Positions 1 through 14,768 of a DNA stretch of 64,000 nucleotides are shown here, one piece after another. The stretch is taken from assembly GCA_905178155.1 (NCBI GenBank), contig CAJINV010000011.1, positions 1,571,216 through 1,635,215 of the forward strand, written 5' to 3'. The notes under the pieces are model-generated. The model was not told where the DNA came from, made no database searches, and saw only the letters and a list, made by a program, of their open reading frames with translations. The translations under genes were made by a program, and so were the position numbers. Position 1 is the first letter of the stretch. Each line of letters starts with the position of its first letter. The stretch comes from Amoebophrya sp. A120. Taxonomy: Eukaryota; Protista; Dinoflagellata.

Positions 1-717
1 TTAGAATTAAATGCTACCAATTTATTATATCGCAAAGTCAGCAAAAGATGAGAGATGTCTGAATGAATCAATAATGTGCTACATCAAAGAGGAGAGTTGT
101 CGATAAAGCTGAATCGCTAACACAGACAGCGATTGCGATGAGCATCTACAAATGTACTTCTACAGAGAACTACCGTTTTCAAACTAAATGCTCCAAAACG
201 AACTCTATTCTGGCTACTTGTACAATGATGTCAAGAATAAAAATGTATCATGGAACTTCTGTTGCTCGTTTGCTTTCTTGCAGCCTGTGCCCCTGTGCAC
301 GAGCACGACTTATTTTCCACGACTGTCGAGAATTATGATCATGATGTTGTTCTTGTTCTTCTAGATGTTGTCACAATTTTTCGTGCGATTTTTACTCATG
401 AATCTGTCCGCGCTCATCTCTGAAAAGTACTGTGCCGTCGTGTTTGGTGAACTTTTAGTATAGTACGAGGAGCGAGGGAAAGAAGCAAGACTCACGACGT
501 GCCTACGCACGTGGCCAAAGGGATGAAAAGGAGACAAAATCGCGCAGAGCTGTCAAAACTTTGCGTTGTTGAGTGGTCAAAAACTGAAATTGATGATTCA
601 AACAAAGGCCAAAGAAATAAATCTGAAGTCGAACAACAAAGGGGGCTGCAGTATTAAGAGAAGCTGCAACTAACTGGTGCTGTAGACGAGATCTTCTGCA
701 GAGCATCAACGTACTAA

Positions 718-3700
718 ATGGCAGATCGTCTCCAGCTGCTGCGAAAAAAGCACCCCACTTTGGGGTCGCCTGATGTGAAATCTTCCAAAAAGCCAAAGAC
801 AGAAGGACAAGTGGTGGAGCAAGAAGGTGGCGTAACGCAAGGACAACAACCACCTCCTGATCAAGCACCACCCGAACGACCGCAAAGCAACCTGTTCGGA
901 GCTGGCTTCGGGAGCCATCCCGATGCAGCTTCTGGGGCGACATCCTCTTCCTCGTCAAGCTCAAATGTTCTCGCAGCAGCAGGTCCTTCTGCCACCGTGT
1001 CTTCCTCTTCGTCCTCGAATCGCGGCCCAGGGAGCAGGGGACTACAGCCTAATGCTCCACATTCCGCTGGAGATCATCGAGGCGATCCTGGTACAACTCG
1101 CGGTCGACCGCGTTCTGCTTCCGCAAGGAATCGAGATCCAGCCGCTCGAGCCGCCGCCACTTCAGCTCGACCAGGGAACCAAAGCGCAAGACCAGCACGG
1201 GAGCCGACGCCGACCGGGCCTAGGACTGCTCTAGTTGTTCCGGATATCCTCGCCGACCGCGCGAAGCCGGTGCGGACGGAGCTGGCTACTAAATTACCCC
1301 CGCGGAAGGATCAAGTGGTGGTTTCCGCGCCGCAAAAAGTGAAGTTCACGGTGGATTCACGCATCGACACCGGGCTGCGCGGGGACTGGAAGAGCAAATT
1401 GGATGAAAGCCGGGCGCGGTCCAGGGACCGCTCTAGGATCATCGAAGAGCACATCCAGGGGCAGAAATTCGTCCCAGTGCGAGCACCTAGTCGGGAGAGG
1501 GACGAGAGCCAGTTTTGGAGAAGCCGGAACCACAGGGGGGATGCAAGTCACTTGGAAAGCAGTAGACCTGGCGGTGACAATTCCTCACACAACGAGGAGG
1601 TTTTTGTCTCCCCGCAGCAGTCCCCGGAGCAGAACCAACAGGGAGAAATAGGTGAACGCGAAGACCAAGCAGCGCAACAAGCGGAAGAGCGCAGCGTAAA
1701 TCTCGGCTCTTTTTTTGCACGCCAGAACAATCCGGCGGATGATGATGACGTTAAGATGGGCGACAGCCACGATTTCGTCGAGGCGAATGCGAATGTATCA
1801 TCTCTGGCAGCAGCAGCATCGGGAGATGAACCAGCTGCCGGACCGGGTGCGGCGAATGATCAACATGTTGAGCAACATCATTCCGAAGGCCGTTCCGTTG
1901 CACCGCCACCGTCAACAGGTGCACAAGCCACCTCATCCTCGTCCGCGGGACAACATCAAACCGTCGACACCGACGACCTGAATCCGTTCTACGTGATGCC
2001 AACGGATCCTCTTGCCGCCATCGCGGATAGCGCGGCGGAAATGCGGCACCTGCTCTGTGGCCGGCCGGCGAGCGGCGGCAGCTTTTCCGCGGTTTTACGG
2101 GAACGGGACGAAAAATTACGGGAACAAGAACTACAAAAGCAAAAAATTAAAAGTCGCCCGTCGACCGCGGGAGCGGCTATTGCTGGTCTTGAAAGTATAG
2201 ATGAAAACAAAAAGGGTAACATCAAGATCAAGAAGCAGAATATCAGTGTGGACGAGAAACAAGAGGAACAACTTCTCGCGAACAAGATGAAAACGCCTTT
2301 AGCGCACGCGATTCCCTCCCCCGGCACGACTCGGGTGAAAATCGGGAACGAGGTTGCTGTAAATGCTACCGCCAGTGCTTTCGAAAGCCGCATGATGAAG
2401 ATGACGATGACCCAACTGCAGGATCAGCCGAACCCGATGGAATCCAGCGTCAGCTACAACTTTCGCGGAAATAAAATGAACAACGATTTTTCCCCGCTGG
2501 CGTCACTGGCAAACAAAGGAAGCGAAGTTTTGCAGCTAGACGAACTTCGACCGGCTCCCGCAGGAGCTCCCGCAGCTACGAGAGGTCGGGTGGGCGCCCG
2601 GCAAGGTGGGGCTCTTCTTGGTGCAGCTCCAGCAGGAGCTTCCTCTACCGCCCAACTACAGCAGGATGCGTGGGTCGGCCGGACCCTGGATCTCCAACCC
2701 CAACGAGCCTCCTCGCCGTTGCTCGAACAGGGCGGACACGATCTCTCCTCCCCAAAGGGCCGTGAGAACGCGCTCCGGGCTTTGGTGGCCGCGTCGCCAA
2801 CGAGAGGGTTAGCCGGTTCGCCGAAAATTGGAGGCGGAAAGAACACGCGGGATCGTACGGCCTTGTCGCCCAAACGAAGCCCGCCAGAGCAGGGGAATAT
2901 TAAAGTCAGCCACCGTGGTGGTAATCATGGCGGTGGTCTCTTCTCTCCGAAACGAAGCCCACCTGAGCAGGGGAGAAATGTTCGCCACGATCCGTTTTCT
3001 CCGAAACGCAGCCCAAAGGAGAAAGATTTGGAGAGAAAAATGCTGTCGCCGAAGCGCAGCCCCGTCGAGTCGAGACGCGTGAAGGACCAGATCAAGCACG
3101 AAATGCAGCAAGTTTTGAAGCAAGAAGACGATGTTGCTATGGTGCCTAATATTGGAGGTAGTAATAAAGCAACTACGTCGACGAAGCACCATCAGCATCC
3201 TTGGTCGCCGAAGCAAGCCCGGTCACCGAAAGACAAAGATCCAGTTGTCCAAGCAGAAAGTAGCAAAGTATCGCCGAAATCGAAGCGACACAAGCCCTCC
3301 GTGAAAGAAAAGTTCCTTGAAAAAATGACCATCGGGGGGCCGCGAGGCGGGAGTAAAGACGGGAACGAGCAGTCTTCGCAGCAGCAGCTTCCGGCCGCCG
3401 GCAAAGCGAGTAAGGCGATCAATGTCAATGCGGTAGACCACCGACTACATCATGCCGACCAAGCACAGCAGCTCGATCATCTTCGTGAAAGCAGCGATAA
3501 AACTACTACAAACACCGATCTTCAGCATCATCAGCAAGTTCTCCTGAAACCGATGAAGCTTTCGCATTCGCCGTTGGCCTCTCGGCGGACACGTCCGCAG
3601 ACCGGCGGTGGCTCGCCCGGCGGAGCAGCAGGCGGATCATCGTCTCCAGTTGCAGCTTCGCAGTTTGAAGACGCTCCGGTTGTCTCACCACGAGATACGA

Positions 3701-6318
3701 GTCGGAATCTGCTTTCGAAAGCTGCAGCTGCACAAGGCCAGCATCAAAATTACAACCAGCAGGCGCGGCAAGGTCAATCACATCTTCCGCTGTCCCCATC
3801 GCAGCAGCGTAATCATCAACTACATGATCCTGCGGGACAACAGCAGCAAATACAAAAAGGCAGTCATTTCATGCAGCAGAAAAATCAGTTTCCGAGCACA
3901 CAGGACGCTGCCGAGGACCAGTACAGCAAGAAGAGGCTAGATGAGCAGACCTCCTCCTTCATTCTGCCGAAGCTGGTAGGGGCCACGGCGAAAGGACGAG
4001 ACGGAGATGATAGCAAGCAAGGTGGTAGTATCCCCTCCCAGAAGATGAATCCGAAGCAGGATCTTCTTTTCTACAACGAAATGCCCACAACTTGCGCAGG
4101 AGCCCCCACGGCATCTTCCTCTTCATCCTCCGCTGCAAACAACAGTCGCAACAGACTGCCTCAAGCTGGAAATCCAAATCTGAATGAGCCGCGGCTTTCC
4201 TTTGGAAATGCGACGAATATTTTACTCGACCACGAAGACATGATGAAAGACACGTCAGAAAGCTTCCTCGAAGAGATGGTAGAAAAACAGAAACTGCGGA
4301 CCCCGGTAGGCAGTCGGAGGACCAGCGACAAGCACAACCTGAACCAGAATGATAGGCGACCTGGTCTTGCTGGAGGAAGACTTGGAGCTGGTGTTGAGCC
4401 CGGTATGGGTGGGAAGATGAGCAATCCAGCAGAGCCTCAAGGTCGACCGTCCATTTGTTTAAAGGACGAGTGGAGTACGGGTTATAACCCGTATGATAAC
4501 AGCGACCGGGTGTACAGGTATCCAGCTGCACATAGGTCTGGAGCAAACCCGGATCATGTTGATCCGAACCATTCCGGAATCGAGATTTTGCAACCGAAGG
4601 TACTGGAGACCACGCTGTCTTCTTCGTCCAGTAGCTCGAACGCCGCGAACGTCGCAGACGACAACACTGCCGGAACAAGTTCCGGCTTCGGCCATCAACA
4701 ACTCGGGCCACGCCAAGACGATCGGTATGACGCAGAGATCTTGCCGGATGCGGACGCAGAACAACACGATGGTGCAACACCATCCCGACGAGATTACCGC
4801 GCATTTCCAAAAGTTCCACTTCTCACGGACGACCTTCCGGATAAAGGAGCGAGTTTGGGATTTTTCACGAACGGGACTAAAAATGTGGACCCGATGGACG
4901 TTGATGAAGAAGAGGACGATGATTTTGTCCCGCCGAGTAACTGCGCCGTCGCATCTTCCCCGGTAGACGATGTGAGTATGATGGGTGCTGGTCATTTTTT
5001 TGTCGGAGAAGCACCAGCAGCACAAGCGGCACTTCCACCTGCTGCAGGAGTGTTTCCACCAGCTGCCGCATCAAATAATGATCTTCAACCGAACAGCAAA
5101 AACCACGATCAAAGTCAGTTTTTCGACACTTTAGAGGTGAACATGAATACCTTCAACGAGGAAGCAGCCGCCGCAGAAGTAGACGCCGAACATTTTCTGG
5201 CGAAAACCGCGGACAATTTCACCGTGCCCGTCCGCGAAACACCCTCCTACCAGTGCCCGCAATGCGAGCGGTGGTTCGTCAAGGCCGCCGCGGACCGACA
5301 CATACCGAAGTGCAAGGGCTGGAACAAACGGAGCACGGCAAAGCCGAAAGTACAGATGAAGGCCGCGAGGTTTGGCAGGCGGGTACCGGAATCGCAGGAC
5401 CCCGAGCAACATCTTGTTATGGGGGGAGCGGCCGGTGCGGGGGTGGACAGTGGGGTTGGTTTCGATGCCGACGGAGGTGCTGGTTTAGCTACGACGAACA
5501 ATCAGGGCAGTAAGAGCAGTAGTGTAGCTGTTGGCGCAGCAGGTGGTCTCCCAACATCTTCGCCAAAGAACAATCGAGCAGTGGTGCCTCCAACTGCAGG
5601 AGGAGGACCTTCTGGCACAACCAACTACGGTGCGGCCCACCAGCAACAACCACAGCAACCACAATCGACCGAAACCCTGTTCGAAACGCAGAAGGTCCAG
5701 GTGGAGATGTTGCTCAAAGACCAGAAGAAGTACGCCTCTTTCTGGACGTATCCACAGTAAATTTCCCGTACACGTACAAATGCGGTCTCCGCATGACAAA
5801 ACTTGGCTTCGATCCTAGTTTAGCATGACAAGTTTTACGCTCCAAATTGGTGAAATTTGTGATGCATCTTGTACATGTGCGGGAAATTTGTATTGCATAG
5901 GACGAAGCCGGAGCTGAAGACCGAAATTTTGCAAAAAACCCACGCCGGGCTGAAGTGGGTCTCGCAGTACAGCCAACTGAGTGAGAAGACAAAAATCAAC
6001 CGGACCCAACTCGCCAGGGTGGTGCTATCGGCGGGGGCGGGGAATCGGAACAGCAAGACGAACAACGAGACCATTAGCAACATCAAGGCACTGATCGAGT
6101 TTCAGCTGGAACAACTGGAAAAGGAAAAGAAAATACAAGCAGCGAGCGATATCGATTTAGAATCTAAGAGGTCGATGGTGCAGTTGGCGGATTACTCGAA
6201 GAAATTGACCGAATTTTTGCGGATAAAACTCATCGACGACACGGATGTGACGCTTTTGCGGGACTCGCTGTCATTGATAAAAGCCTTTTTTCGGAATTTG
6301 GAGGAGCAGAAGCGGTGA
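718..6318 (+). CDS. Large disordered protein with C2HC-type zinc finger and SPKRSP repeats; exons 718-5748, 5905-6318
   Basis: 1680-aa ORF with CPQCERWF..AADRHIPKC. Removing IE 5749-5899 plus one ggacg joins FWT|KPELK in frame to ORF 5869-6318. Confidence 0.8.
5749..5899. mobile_element. Introner, family I
   Basis: TIR tat..aaatttcccg; DR ggacg. Confidence 0.9.
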
Positions 6319-6996
6319 AGATATGAGGAACAGAGTAGAATTACACGACATACTAGATGATCTCCCATTTGGCTGACATCATGTAAGAACACGCACGTGG
6401 ACGTGCTCTCGTTTTTTTTACCACGCAGCCTGACAGTACGCTGCAGAGCAAATAAGTTTTTGATTCTTATTGACAGATTCGTTCGTTAAACATGTATCTT
6501 CATCTTGTGCTTGTGCCACTAGCTAAACTTGTACATTATCTGAATCGAGGACGACAGGACGAGACATGCTGTGTTGACATTTTGAGCAAACAAGCCTTGC
6601 ATCATTCTGACTTGAAAATTTAGAAGCGCAACGGATTTTCATGCTGCTTCGTACTTTTCTTTCGTATTCGTTTTCTTGTCAACATGTCCGTTTGGAAGTC
6701 CCGACCGAGTCGTTGTATTTTCAGCTTATGCTACGAGAGGAGGAAAATGAAAATCTTGGCATCGTGAGAGAGGACGAGAGATACTTAAAAACTGACGGAC
6801 AAAATCCTCGTTGGGAAACGAAAAATCTTCGCGGAGACCAGGAGAAAACAAATCGAGTTGGGAGCAGAGCGTGGCGAAGTTTCAGTTTTGTGTGTGAAGG
6901 AGCTGTTCGAAGTATTTGTGCAGGACTAATCGCCAGCGCATTCACGACAAGAAGAACGCTTGGTCACCCTTAACACCAGTCTCTCCAGAAACAAAA

Positions 6997-9900
6997 ATGC
7001 CGTCTCGCGTGCCCAGCGTGGCTGCTGGTAAGCAGAAGGCACAGCTCCCACCGCCCACCGCGGGTGGTCCAGGAGTAGACAAGATGGACGCTGCAGGTAC
7101 TGCTGGTAAGCGCAGCCGGCCGCAGAAGCAGAAGCCGGCGAATTTTCTCTCGCCGTTTGACAAGTCGTCCGATTACTACGAGGACGATGAGGATGAAGGA
7201 AATCAGGACGACGATGAGGGTTTTTACGACGAGAACAATGATGAAGACTCCGAGGAGCAGGAGTCGGAGGAGGAGTCCGAGGCGGATGAACCCGCTCCGA
7301 AGAAGAAGAAAAAACCGACATCTTCGCGTGGACCTGCTGCGGACAAGAAGATACTAGAAAAGTATTCCGAAAAGTACAAAACGTTCATCAAAAAACCGCA
7401 ACCGGCACTCCTGCTGAACGAGAAGCGAGTGACGTTTGACGCGACTTCTCAGGCGTGGAAGATCCGCATCAAGAACCCGCAGCGGCTGATCAACTTCTGC
7501 CGGGAAGCGATGCTGTGCGAGGGGCTGCTGAAGCCGTTGACGCCCCACTTAATGTGGGCGGCGTGGGTCAAGGAAAAGGCGAAGTTTACGCTGAGCAAAA
7601 ACGTCCCCACCCCAGAGTCAAGTTGGGAACTCAGCAACACAAATCCAGAAGTTTTAGGGGTGACGCATGACAAATTTCTCTCTGTATTGTAGTGCAGGGT
7701 AGCAAGAGCAGCCGCATCATAAAGCCATTCTCCTATCCTGCTTACAGCATTACAGATTCCAAAACACGATTGAAAATGGCTGTCACGCGGGTGCGCATTC
7801 CAAATGTTGCTGTAATTGCAAATCTGCATGACAACTCTGGTATGCGGACGCTTTTGCTCAGGATAAATTTGCAGGAAAATGGCGAGCTGTCCGAGGACAT
7901 GGAGGACATATCCTGTGCAAAAGTATCGTACTCGTATAAATGCAAGTCTTGCATTACAAATCTCCTTCCGAAGGCAAAACAGCATGACAAATTCCATTTG
8001 TCATGCTGAGCTAATTTGTATTGCAATTACTACTAGTACGATACTTTTGCAGTTCATAGGACATCGACTTCACCAATGTCCTACCGGAGGAGTGCTACGG
8101 CCACGATTGGACGAAGGAGCGGGAAAAGTGGGTCCGCGTGAAGCACATCAGCAAGTACTTGGACGCTTACAACGCGTACGCCACCGACCAGGACCGGACG
8201 TATTACCGGAAGGAGTTCGACCGGCAATTCGCTCTGTACGCGACGAAGGTGCGGATGTTTTTCTGCGTATGCAATACAAATTTCCTTTTCCCGTACAACA
8301 TTGACAACATGCATCACAAATTTCGCCACCTTAGAGCATGCCTTGCCACATGTCATGCCTAAACAGGATTCAATGGGACCTTTGTCATGCAGAAACTGCA
8401 TTTGTACGACGTGTACGGAAAATTCACTGTGCATACTGCGGGCACCGGGCTTACTACCTGTTCAAGCGGGTGGTGGATTGGATCCGGTGCCAGCACATAC
8501 AGGTGGACCTGGAGCGGCTGCGTCTGAAACAGGAGAAAGACGGTAAAAATATGGGGAGTTGAGTTTTTGCTGTGGTCACAGGAACCGAGCTTCTTGCACA
8601 TCAAATCCTGCCTAGAAGTAGCTCGCGTCATGACATTAAGTAAACAACGCAGATATAATGATTTTCATGTCGATTCACATTATCATTCTCATCTGAATAA
8701 TAAAACAACACAACCAGGTGGCGTTTCCGATGTACCTGCCCGGCGTGCCTACCACACCGCGCGGCAGTATTTCATGCAGACCGCGATTCCGAAGTACGAG
8801 CAAAAGCAGAAAGAGGAGAACCCGAATGATACCAGGACGAAGCTGGAAAAGTTTCGGGTATCCTGTGCAAAAGTATCGTACTCGTATAAATGCGTTACAA
8901 ATAATTTCCGCAGCATAATGCGGATTGAGCTTAAAAACAAGATTTGTATATCGCATGTTTGCAATTACTACGAGCACGATACTTTTGCGCAGGACATCGG
9001 GAGTGCTTTGACAAAGCGACCAAGGAGTGGAATTCGCTTCGCGTCGCGGCCGCCTCGGCCACAACCAACTGGAACACACCAAAGCAGAAAGAGATGCAGC
9101 GCTTGGAGAAGCACGTAGCGGCTGCTATGAAAGCCTCAGGTTGAAAATCCTCAAAGTGGAAATAATTTGTAATGCAAAAAAACGACTCCAGTTGAAGCGG
9201 CATTTGTAGTCGGCGCATGACAAATTTCCCGGGCACTTAAAGCATGTCTTTCATGCAGGTTAAGGCAAAGGGATGCCATTCTGTCGTGCTAAGCAGCATT
9301 CCAATTCTTCAACTCTAGCAGGATAATAGTCGGCCTCCATTGCGTCTGCGTCCTCTGCAATACAGTCTTTTTTGCGTCGCATTTCATGCATCACAAATCA
9401 TTTTCACTTTGAGGATTTCCATTCTGAGCTTTTCATAGCTGCGAAGCAAGCGGAGAAGATGGAGTGGACGAAGTTCCGGGCGTCCGCCGTCGGAAAGCAG
9501 TTCGAGTTAAAGCACGATATCAAGTGCAAAAATGTCTGGGTCTGGAAGAATGCATGTTTGTCATGCTTGTCTGGCATGACTCTTAAATCTGCCATGCACG
9601 TTACCCAAGAGCTCCATTTCTCTGTGATGCAGAAACGCAGTTTGTCATGCAGAATAGGCAACACCTAGAAACTCAGAAACTTGTCATGCTGAGCCAGCAT
9701 TTGTGGCCTCATCATGAGACGCCAGCCAGCATCACAAGTTTCCAGAGGACCCAGACATTTTTACAATTGATACACGAATACTTGAACCAACACTTTTGGA
9801 AAAAGAAGCTGCGGTACCAGGACTGGCAAAACCGGGTGAAGGAGATCAAATTGTTGAACCAGATATGCTTTGCAAAAGGATCGTACTCGTAGTAATCGCA

Positions 9901-12900
9901 GTCATGCATAACAAATATCGTTCCCAAGGCAAATCTGCATTTGTCATGCTGAGGAAACTTGTAATGCCATTCAAACGTACTAGTAAGTACGATGCTTTTG
10001 CAGTTCATACCAGATGGACCGCGACAGCACCCTCGGGCCGCTGAAACCGGCGGACGCGCGAAAGCGAGACGACTACACCGCGGAGCTGGCCCAGTACTTT
10101 CCGCTGACACCGTTATGAATTGCAAAAGGATCGTACTCTTATCCATGCATTACAAATTTCCTCAGCATGAGAAATAAAATTTGTAGTGCGGATTTACCTT
10201 GACAAAGAAATTTGTAATGCATGACTGCAATTACTACGAAACGATTGCGATACTTTTGCACAGCATACCCGAAGGACCGGAGCAACTTGATCGAGCAGCT
10301 GTTCAAAGACGCTGACAAAGTGAAAATCGACAAAAAATTGGACTGCCCCACCTTGCCCTCTACCATGACGTTCGTTTCTGGGGGAATGTTCGCTGAGGTG
10401 AAAAATGGTAGTGGTCCCGGCGATCTTGCGTCGGCACCTTGGAGGAACCAAGGAAAATTTACATTTCTCGATTCTGCAACGTTCAACGATCCGAAGAAGA
10501 ACATGCTGGCGAAGAAGGGCAACTTTCTCCAGCCGGGGAAGGAGGGCGAGGAAGTATGAAGTGCAAATATGATGTCAGGGTCTGGAAGCTTCGGGGAGTT
10601 TGTCATGCAATTTTTACATAACCTGCCCCCGCGGTGTCGGTGATGCATGTCGTAGTATCATTCACAGACTCTACTGCGAGGACTTTATGATGCCCATACC
10701 GCATGAGAAATATCTCCCCATGTAGTAGCAAAAAACTGGACCTTTTTTGATGTTCATGCAATTTGTAGAGTCCAAAGGCCGCGTCACAGGGTGCATCCAT
10801 CCAGACGCAGACATATTTGCAATGCATAGGAAGATGACTTTTACGACCCTTCGGACGACGAGGAGGAGGCGGAAACTACGGAACAAAACCAGATGAACCA
10901 GAAGGAAATAAACGACAACAAAAAGAACGTTGATTGTTCCGAGGACGGGATGAATGTGAAAATGAAAAGCGAAGACGAAGAAATAGAAAAGGTTCTCGTG
11001 GGAATAGAAACAATAACCGACGAAGCTGTTCAGGCTATCGAAGAAATGGACGAAGACCTGTCTTCTGATGACAGTGACTGGCTGAACAACTCGTCCGACG
11101 ACGATGAGGAACAAACCAATCTGTTGAACAGCAAAAATAAATCGTTGAACAACATCACCAGCAGGGAAAACTCGGCGATTTTCACGGTGAAGGGAATCCG
11201 CCGCGGTGCGACCCTGAAATCGGCGAAAAAAGCGTTGAGAGCCGCGGACGAGCTGAAGGTCCGCAGTGACGGGGTCAACGCAAAAGTGAAGCAGCAGGTG
11301 GCGGAAAGAAAGAAGGACAAAAAGCAAGCCGAGATGCAGGCACTCTGTGACGAATTCATGGCGGAGGAATTAGACGATGACGAGCTCGCGTTTGAAATGG
11401 CAATCAAAGACAAGAAAGCCAAAGCGGATAAAGACGATGAGGAAAGTGGGAGTGAAGACGATGAGGATGAAAAGGAAAACTCCGATGAAGATGCGAGTCA
11501 GGAACAAGCGTGGCGGGAAGCGAGCAAAGCGATCGTTGACGCAAAAACGACGAAGGAAAAAATCAAAGCGATTAAGGCCATCACGTGGGAGGATTTCAAA
11601 GGAAAGTGGGAAGATATGGTGCGGGAGGACGCGCGGAAAACCAAGCAGCACGGGTCCTACAAGGAAGCTCTGGTCACCATGGTGGGAGGCTTAGACACCG
11701 AGGACAAGGAGGAGGTCCGGAAAGCGAAAATGATGAAGATCGCAGAACTGGAAAGGGAACGGAACGCGCAAAGAAACCGCCAGAGGACGAAACCTTCGGA
11801 AGGGAAGGTGAATCGCCCGATCGAGAACAAGAAGGAAGATCTAGACAAATTGAAGAAGGACATCATCAAAAAAGGCGTCGTGAAGCCGATGACAGAGGCG
11901 TTTTCGCAATTTTCGCAGTTCCGCCCGAAGCCCCGGACGGTGCGGAAGTGGGAAAAACAAGGGAAGACGTCATTGAAGCAAAAAATGGTGATCGGTTGGG
12001 ACGTATCAAATGCAAATATGTCTGGGTCTGGGCGAAGGTTGCAACTTGTGATGCTGTCTTTGGATTCTGAAAAAATCTGTATTGCATGACAAGCAAGAGG
12101 AGTACAGTTTGTGCTTCGCATGGAGGGCATTTGTCATGCGGAATAGGCATCAGGAAGCCCTCAACAAATCGGTGATGCTAGGGCATGCATTACTGGCGTC
12201 GTGGGCCATGCGAAACCTGCATGACAAACCTTGCAATCGTCGTCCAGACCCAGAGGACATATTTGCAGTGCATAGGACGATGACGCGCTGGACGAGTACG
12301 TGCAGAAGCAGAAACAAATACATTCTTCGGAGCACTCGGAATTGGTTCATCCTGCGGAGATGATGAACAGAAATTCTTCTTCTTCTTCTTCCGCCAGCTC
12401 CAGTAAAGTCACAAATAACACTAGTGCGATTGTGAAGCTGCAGAAAAATGCTTTTGGTCTTGCGCGAGTAGCTAAAAAGGGCGGCGGTGAAAGGGGAAAT
12501 GATACACCAGGGAAGAACAAGAAGGGAACAAGCACAGGGGCTGCGTCTTCAAAGGTGAAAAAAGGTGGAGCTGCGGGTAAGGGCAACAAAATTTCGAAAA
12601 AGCAAAACGATTCCTCCGACGAGGACGAGACTAGTGAAGAAGAAGAAGACGAATCATCCGAAGAGGCGATCGACGAGGAAGACGACCTTATGGCGGAAAT
12701 CGAGTCGGAGGAAAAAGCCGCACGGGAAAAAGCGAAAAAGGCAAAAGAAAACTTTCTCTTCGGCGGTGGAAATGCGAAGAAAGTGCCTCCTGCGGCAGGT
12801 GCGTCCTCCTCGTCGGCCTCTTCGTCGACGGCCGTAGTCCAGAACTACAAAGCGGTTGCCGAGATGAAAAAGCGGAACGAGATGAACGCGGAGTTCGCGG

Positions 12901-13418
12901 CCTTGTTGGAAGAGCAGAGCAGCGGCAGCGAGGATGACGAGGACGAGGAAGGACAAGGGCAAGGTGGCGGTGGTAGTAAAATGGGGACTATGAAAGGCAA
13001 GGGGAACAAGAAGGGAACATCCAAGGGGAAAAAAGGGCAAGGCAAAGGGAGCAAGTTCGACCACAATGATCTGGGGCTGGAGCTGGAGGACGATGAAGAG
13101 GAAGGGTCGGAGGAAGACCAGGAAGAGTCCGGGGAACAAGAGAGTCAAACCGACGAAGATGAAGAGGCGGAGCAAGATGAGTCTTCCTCTGGCGATGAAG
13201 AAAACGCAGCAAATGAGGGAGCTGCAAGCTCGGGCAAAAAGAAGGTTTCGCTCTCCGGTAAGAAGGGAAAGGGCAAACTGATCGAGATTTTGAAGGGCAA
13301 AGGCAAAAAGGGAAAGGGAAAGTTGATGATGCTGTTGAAAGGTGGCAAGAAGGGAAAGGGAAAGCAAGCGGGAGAAGGAAAATCTTCTTCTTCGGGGAAA
13401 GGTGGTGTGAAGAAGTAA
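6997..13418 (+). CDS. Large acidic/lysine-rich hypothetical protein; 10 IE introns plus GT-AG intron 8543-8717
   Basis: ORF fragments (6916, 8138, 8567, 8944, 10221, 10893, 12300) join in frame after removing IEs. No family recognised. Confidence 0.7.
7587..7865. mobile_element. Introner, family K
   Basis: TIR ctgagcaaaa.cgtcc; DR aagtt/aattt. Confidence 0.8.
7909..8058. mobile_element. Introner, family A
   Basis: TIR tgcaaaagtatcgtact; DR ggaca. Confidence 0.9.
8268..8435. mobile_element. Introner, family I (opposite orientation to 5749)
   Basis: TAT..ATA ends; DR ctgcg. Confidence 0.9.
8859..8996. mobile_element. Introner, family A
   Basis: TIR tcctg.gcaaaagtatcg (right end aca); DR tcggg. 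Confidence 0.9.
9126..9437. mobile_element. Introner, family C
   Basis: TIR tatgaaa..ctcag; DR gctgc. Confidence 0.9.
9518..9772. mobile_element. Introner, family B
   Basis: TIR aaaaatgtctgggtc; DR cacga. Confidence 0.9.
9864..10009. mobile_element. Introner, family A
   Basis: TIR tgcaaaag.atcgtact; DR ccaga. Confidence 0.9.
10114..10267. mobile_element. Introner, family A
   Basis: TIR tgcaaaag.atcg; DR accgt/cccga. Confidence 0.85.
10555..10828. mobile_element. Introner, family B
   Basis: TIR tgcaaatatg..gtctgg; DR ggaag. Confidence 0.9.
12004..12274. mobile_element. Introner, family B
   Basis: TIR tgcaaatatgtc..ctgggtctgg; DR ggacg. Confidence 0.9.
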
Positions 13419-14768
13419 ATGTTAACGTTGCATTGCTACCAGAATGATAAACTCAACAACTTCTTGTGTTTATTCGTTTCGAAAATTTTTCAGATTTTGT
13501 GGCGTGCTGAAGCCCTAGTTTTTTTTTCATGTGTTGTTCATCAAAGCGAAGGCGAACAGCAACTCATGCTGCGACAACAGAATACACTGCATCAAGTTTC
13601 GATAAAACAAAGACGGTAGTTGCAACGAGATACGTTGACATTAGCAATTGAAACTCAAGAATGTGGCAGCTAAACCAAAAGTTTGTGTTTGATCAATATT
13701 ATTTTCAAAGGTTGTTTACTGTTTCTGTTTCTCATCTCGTGCTAACAAACTATTTACTGAAGAGAAAGATGCGCATGGACGAGTGCAGCAAGAATGCAGG
13801 AAGTGCGCAGCAGGTCTTCAAGCTCGAATGCATTGCAACAAATGCAGATGCTAAAGATGGGAATGGGTAACCTTTTATCTCGTTTGAAATAAAAATCAAT
13901 CCAATGTAACATTGGATTGAAACATTGGCAATGTTTCAAAGTGCTTTGTTGCCTCGCGGGAGTCGTGTGCCTATCCTGTGTGTACGTCTTGCTTCTGCAG
14001 TTTCATGGTTTGGTTATATTTATGTTGTTTCAGTTTTGTTTTTCTTATTCTTCCTTCTTTTCGTTTTCGAGTTGCATCCATGACGTCGTGTGGTTGCAAA
14101 TTTGAAGCAATTGGTCTTCGCAGATACAACTTCTTTCGTGTGTCTTGAGGAGGTAGTATTAATGGACAGCTGAAAATTGACAACCGCAAGAACAACGATG
14201 ATCCTGCCCTTTGCACAAGGTGCTCAAATCACAATCACTGGACCAGGGACGATCTTCTTCCTTCCACCTTCGAGTACTTGTAAGATCAGTACAGAGTGTT
14301 TGGAGCTACTATGAAATCTACCGTTCTAGCACTAGACCTTCTTGTTCTTGATTTTGATGGTTGAGCTGACTTTGTTTTACTTGAAGGCCGTGTTTGTCTT
14401 TATTTGAACGGGAATTTCTATTTGCAGGCCCACATCCACCATATTCACTTCACTTCTAGTTCCACTTCACAATCACTTCCACAATACATTCCCCTCAAAT
14501 CATTGTTCTACGTAGACGAGATCAGCATCTTCAAGTAGAGTACAGCTACACGTACTAGAAAGTTTGTCTTGACCATGACTTTTTACAGAAGAAAAATAGC
14601 ACCCTGCTCTTCTTTGCCGACACGTTTGGTCGTATTCTGGAAATAGCTGCGGCAATAGGAAGTTTTTTTTTCGAGAAGTTTTGATGAAACGATTTCATTC
14701 AAGTCTGAAACTGAATTCAAAGCCTTCACTCAGTACAGTAGAAATAGCACTCGTTTATTCCGCCCACC

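Noticed and set aside
5745-5900. Reading introners as GA-AG or GC-AG spliceosomal introns
   Set aside because: This works only when the DR begins with G (ATA+G gives AG); most elements have DRs that cannot supply such ends.
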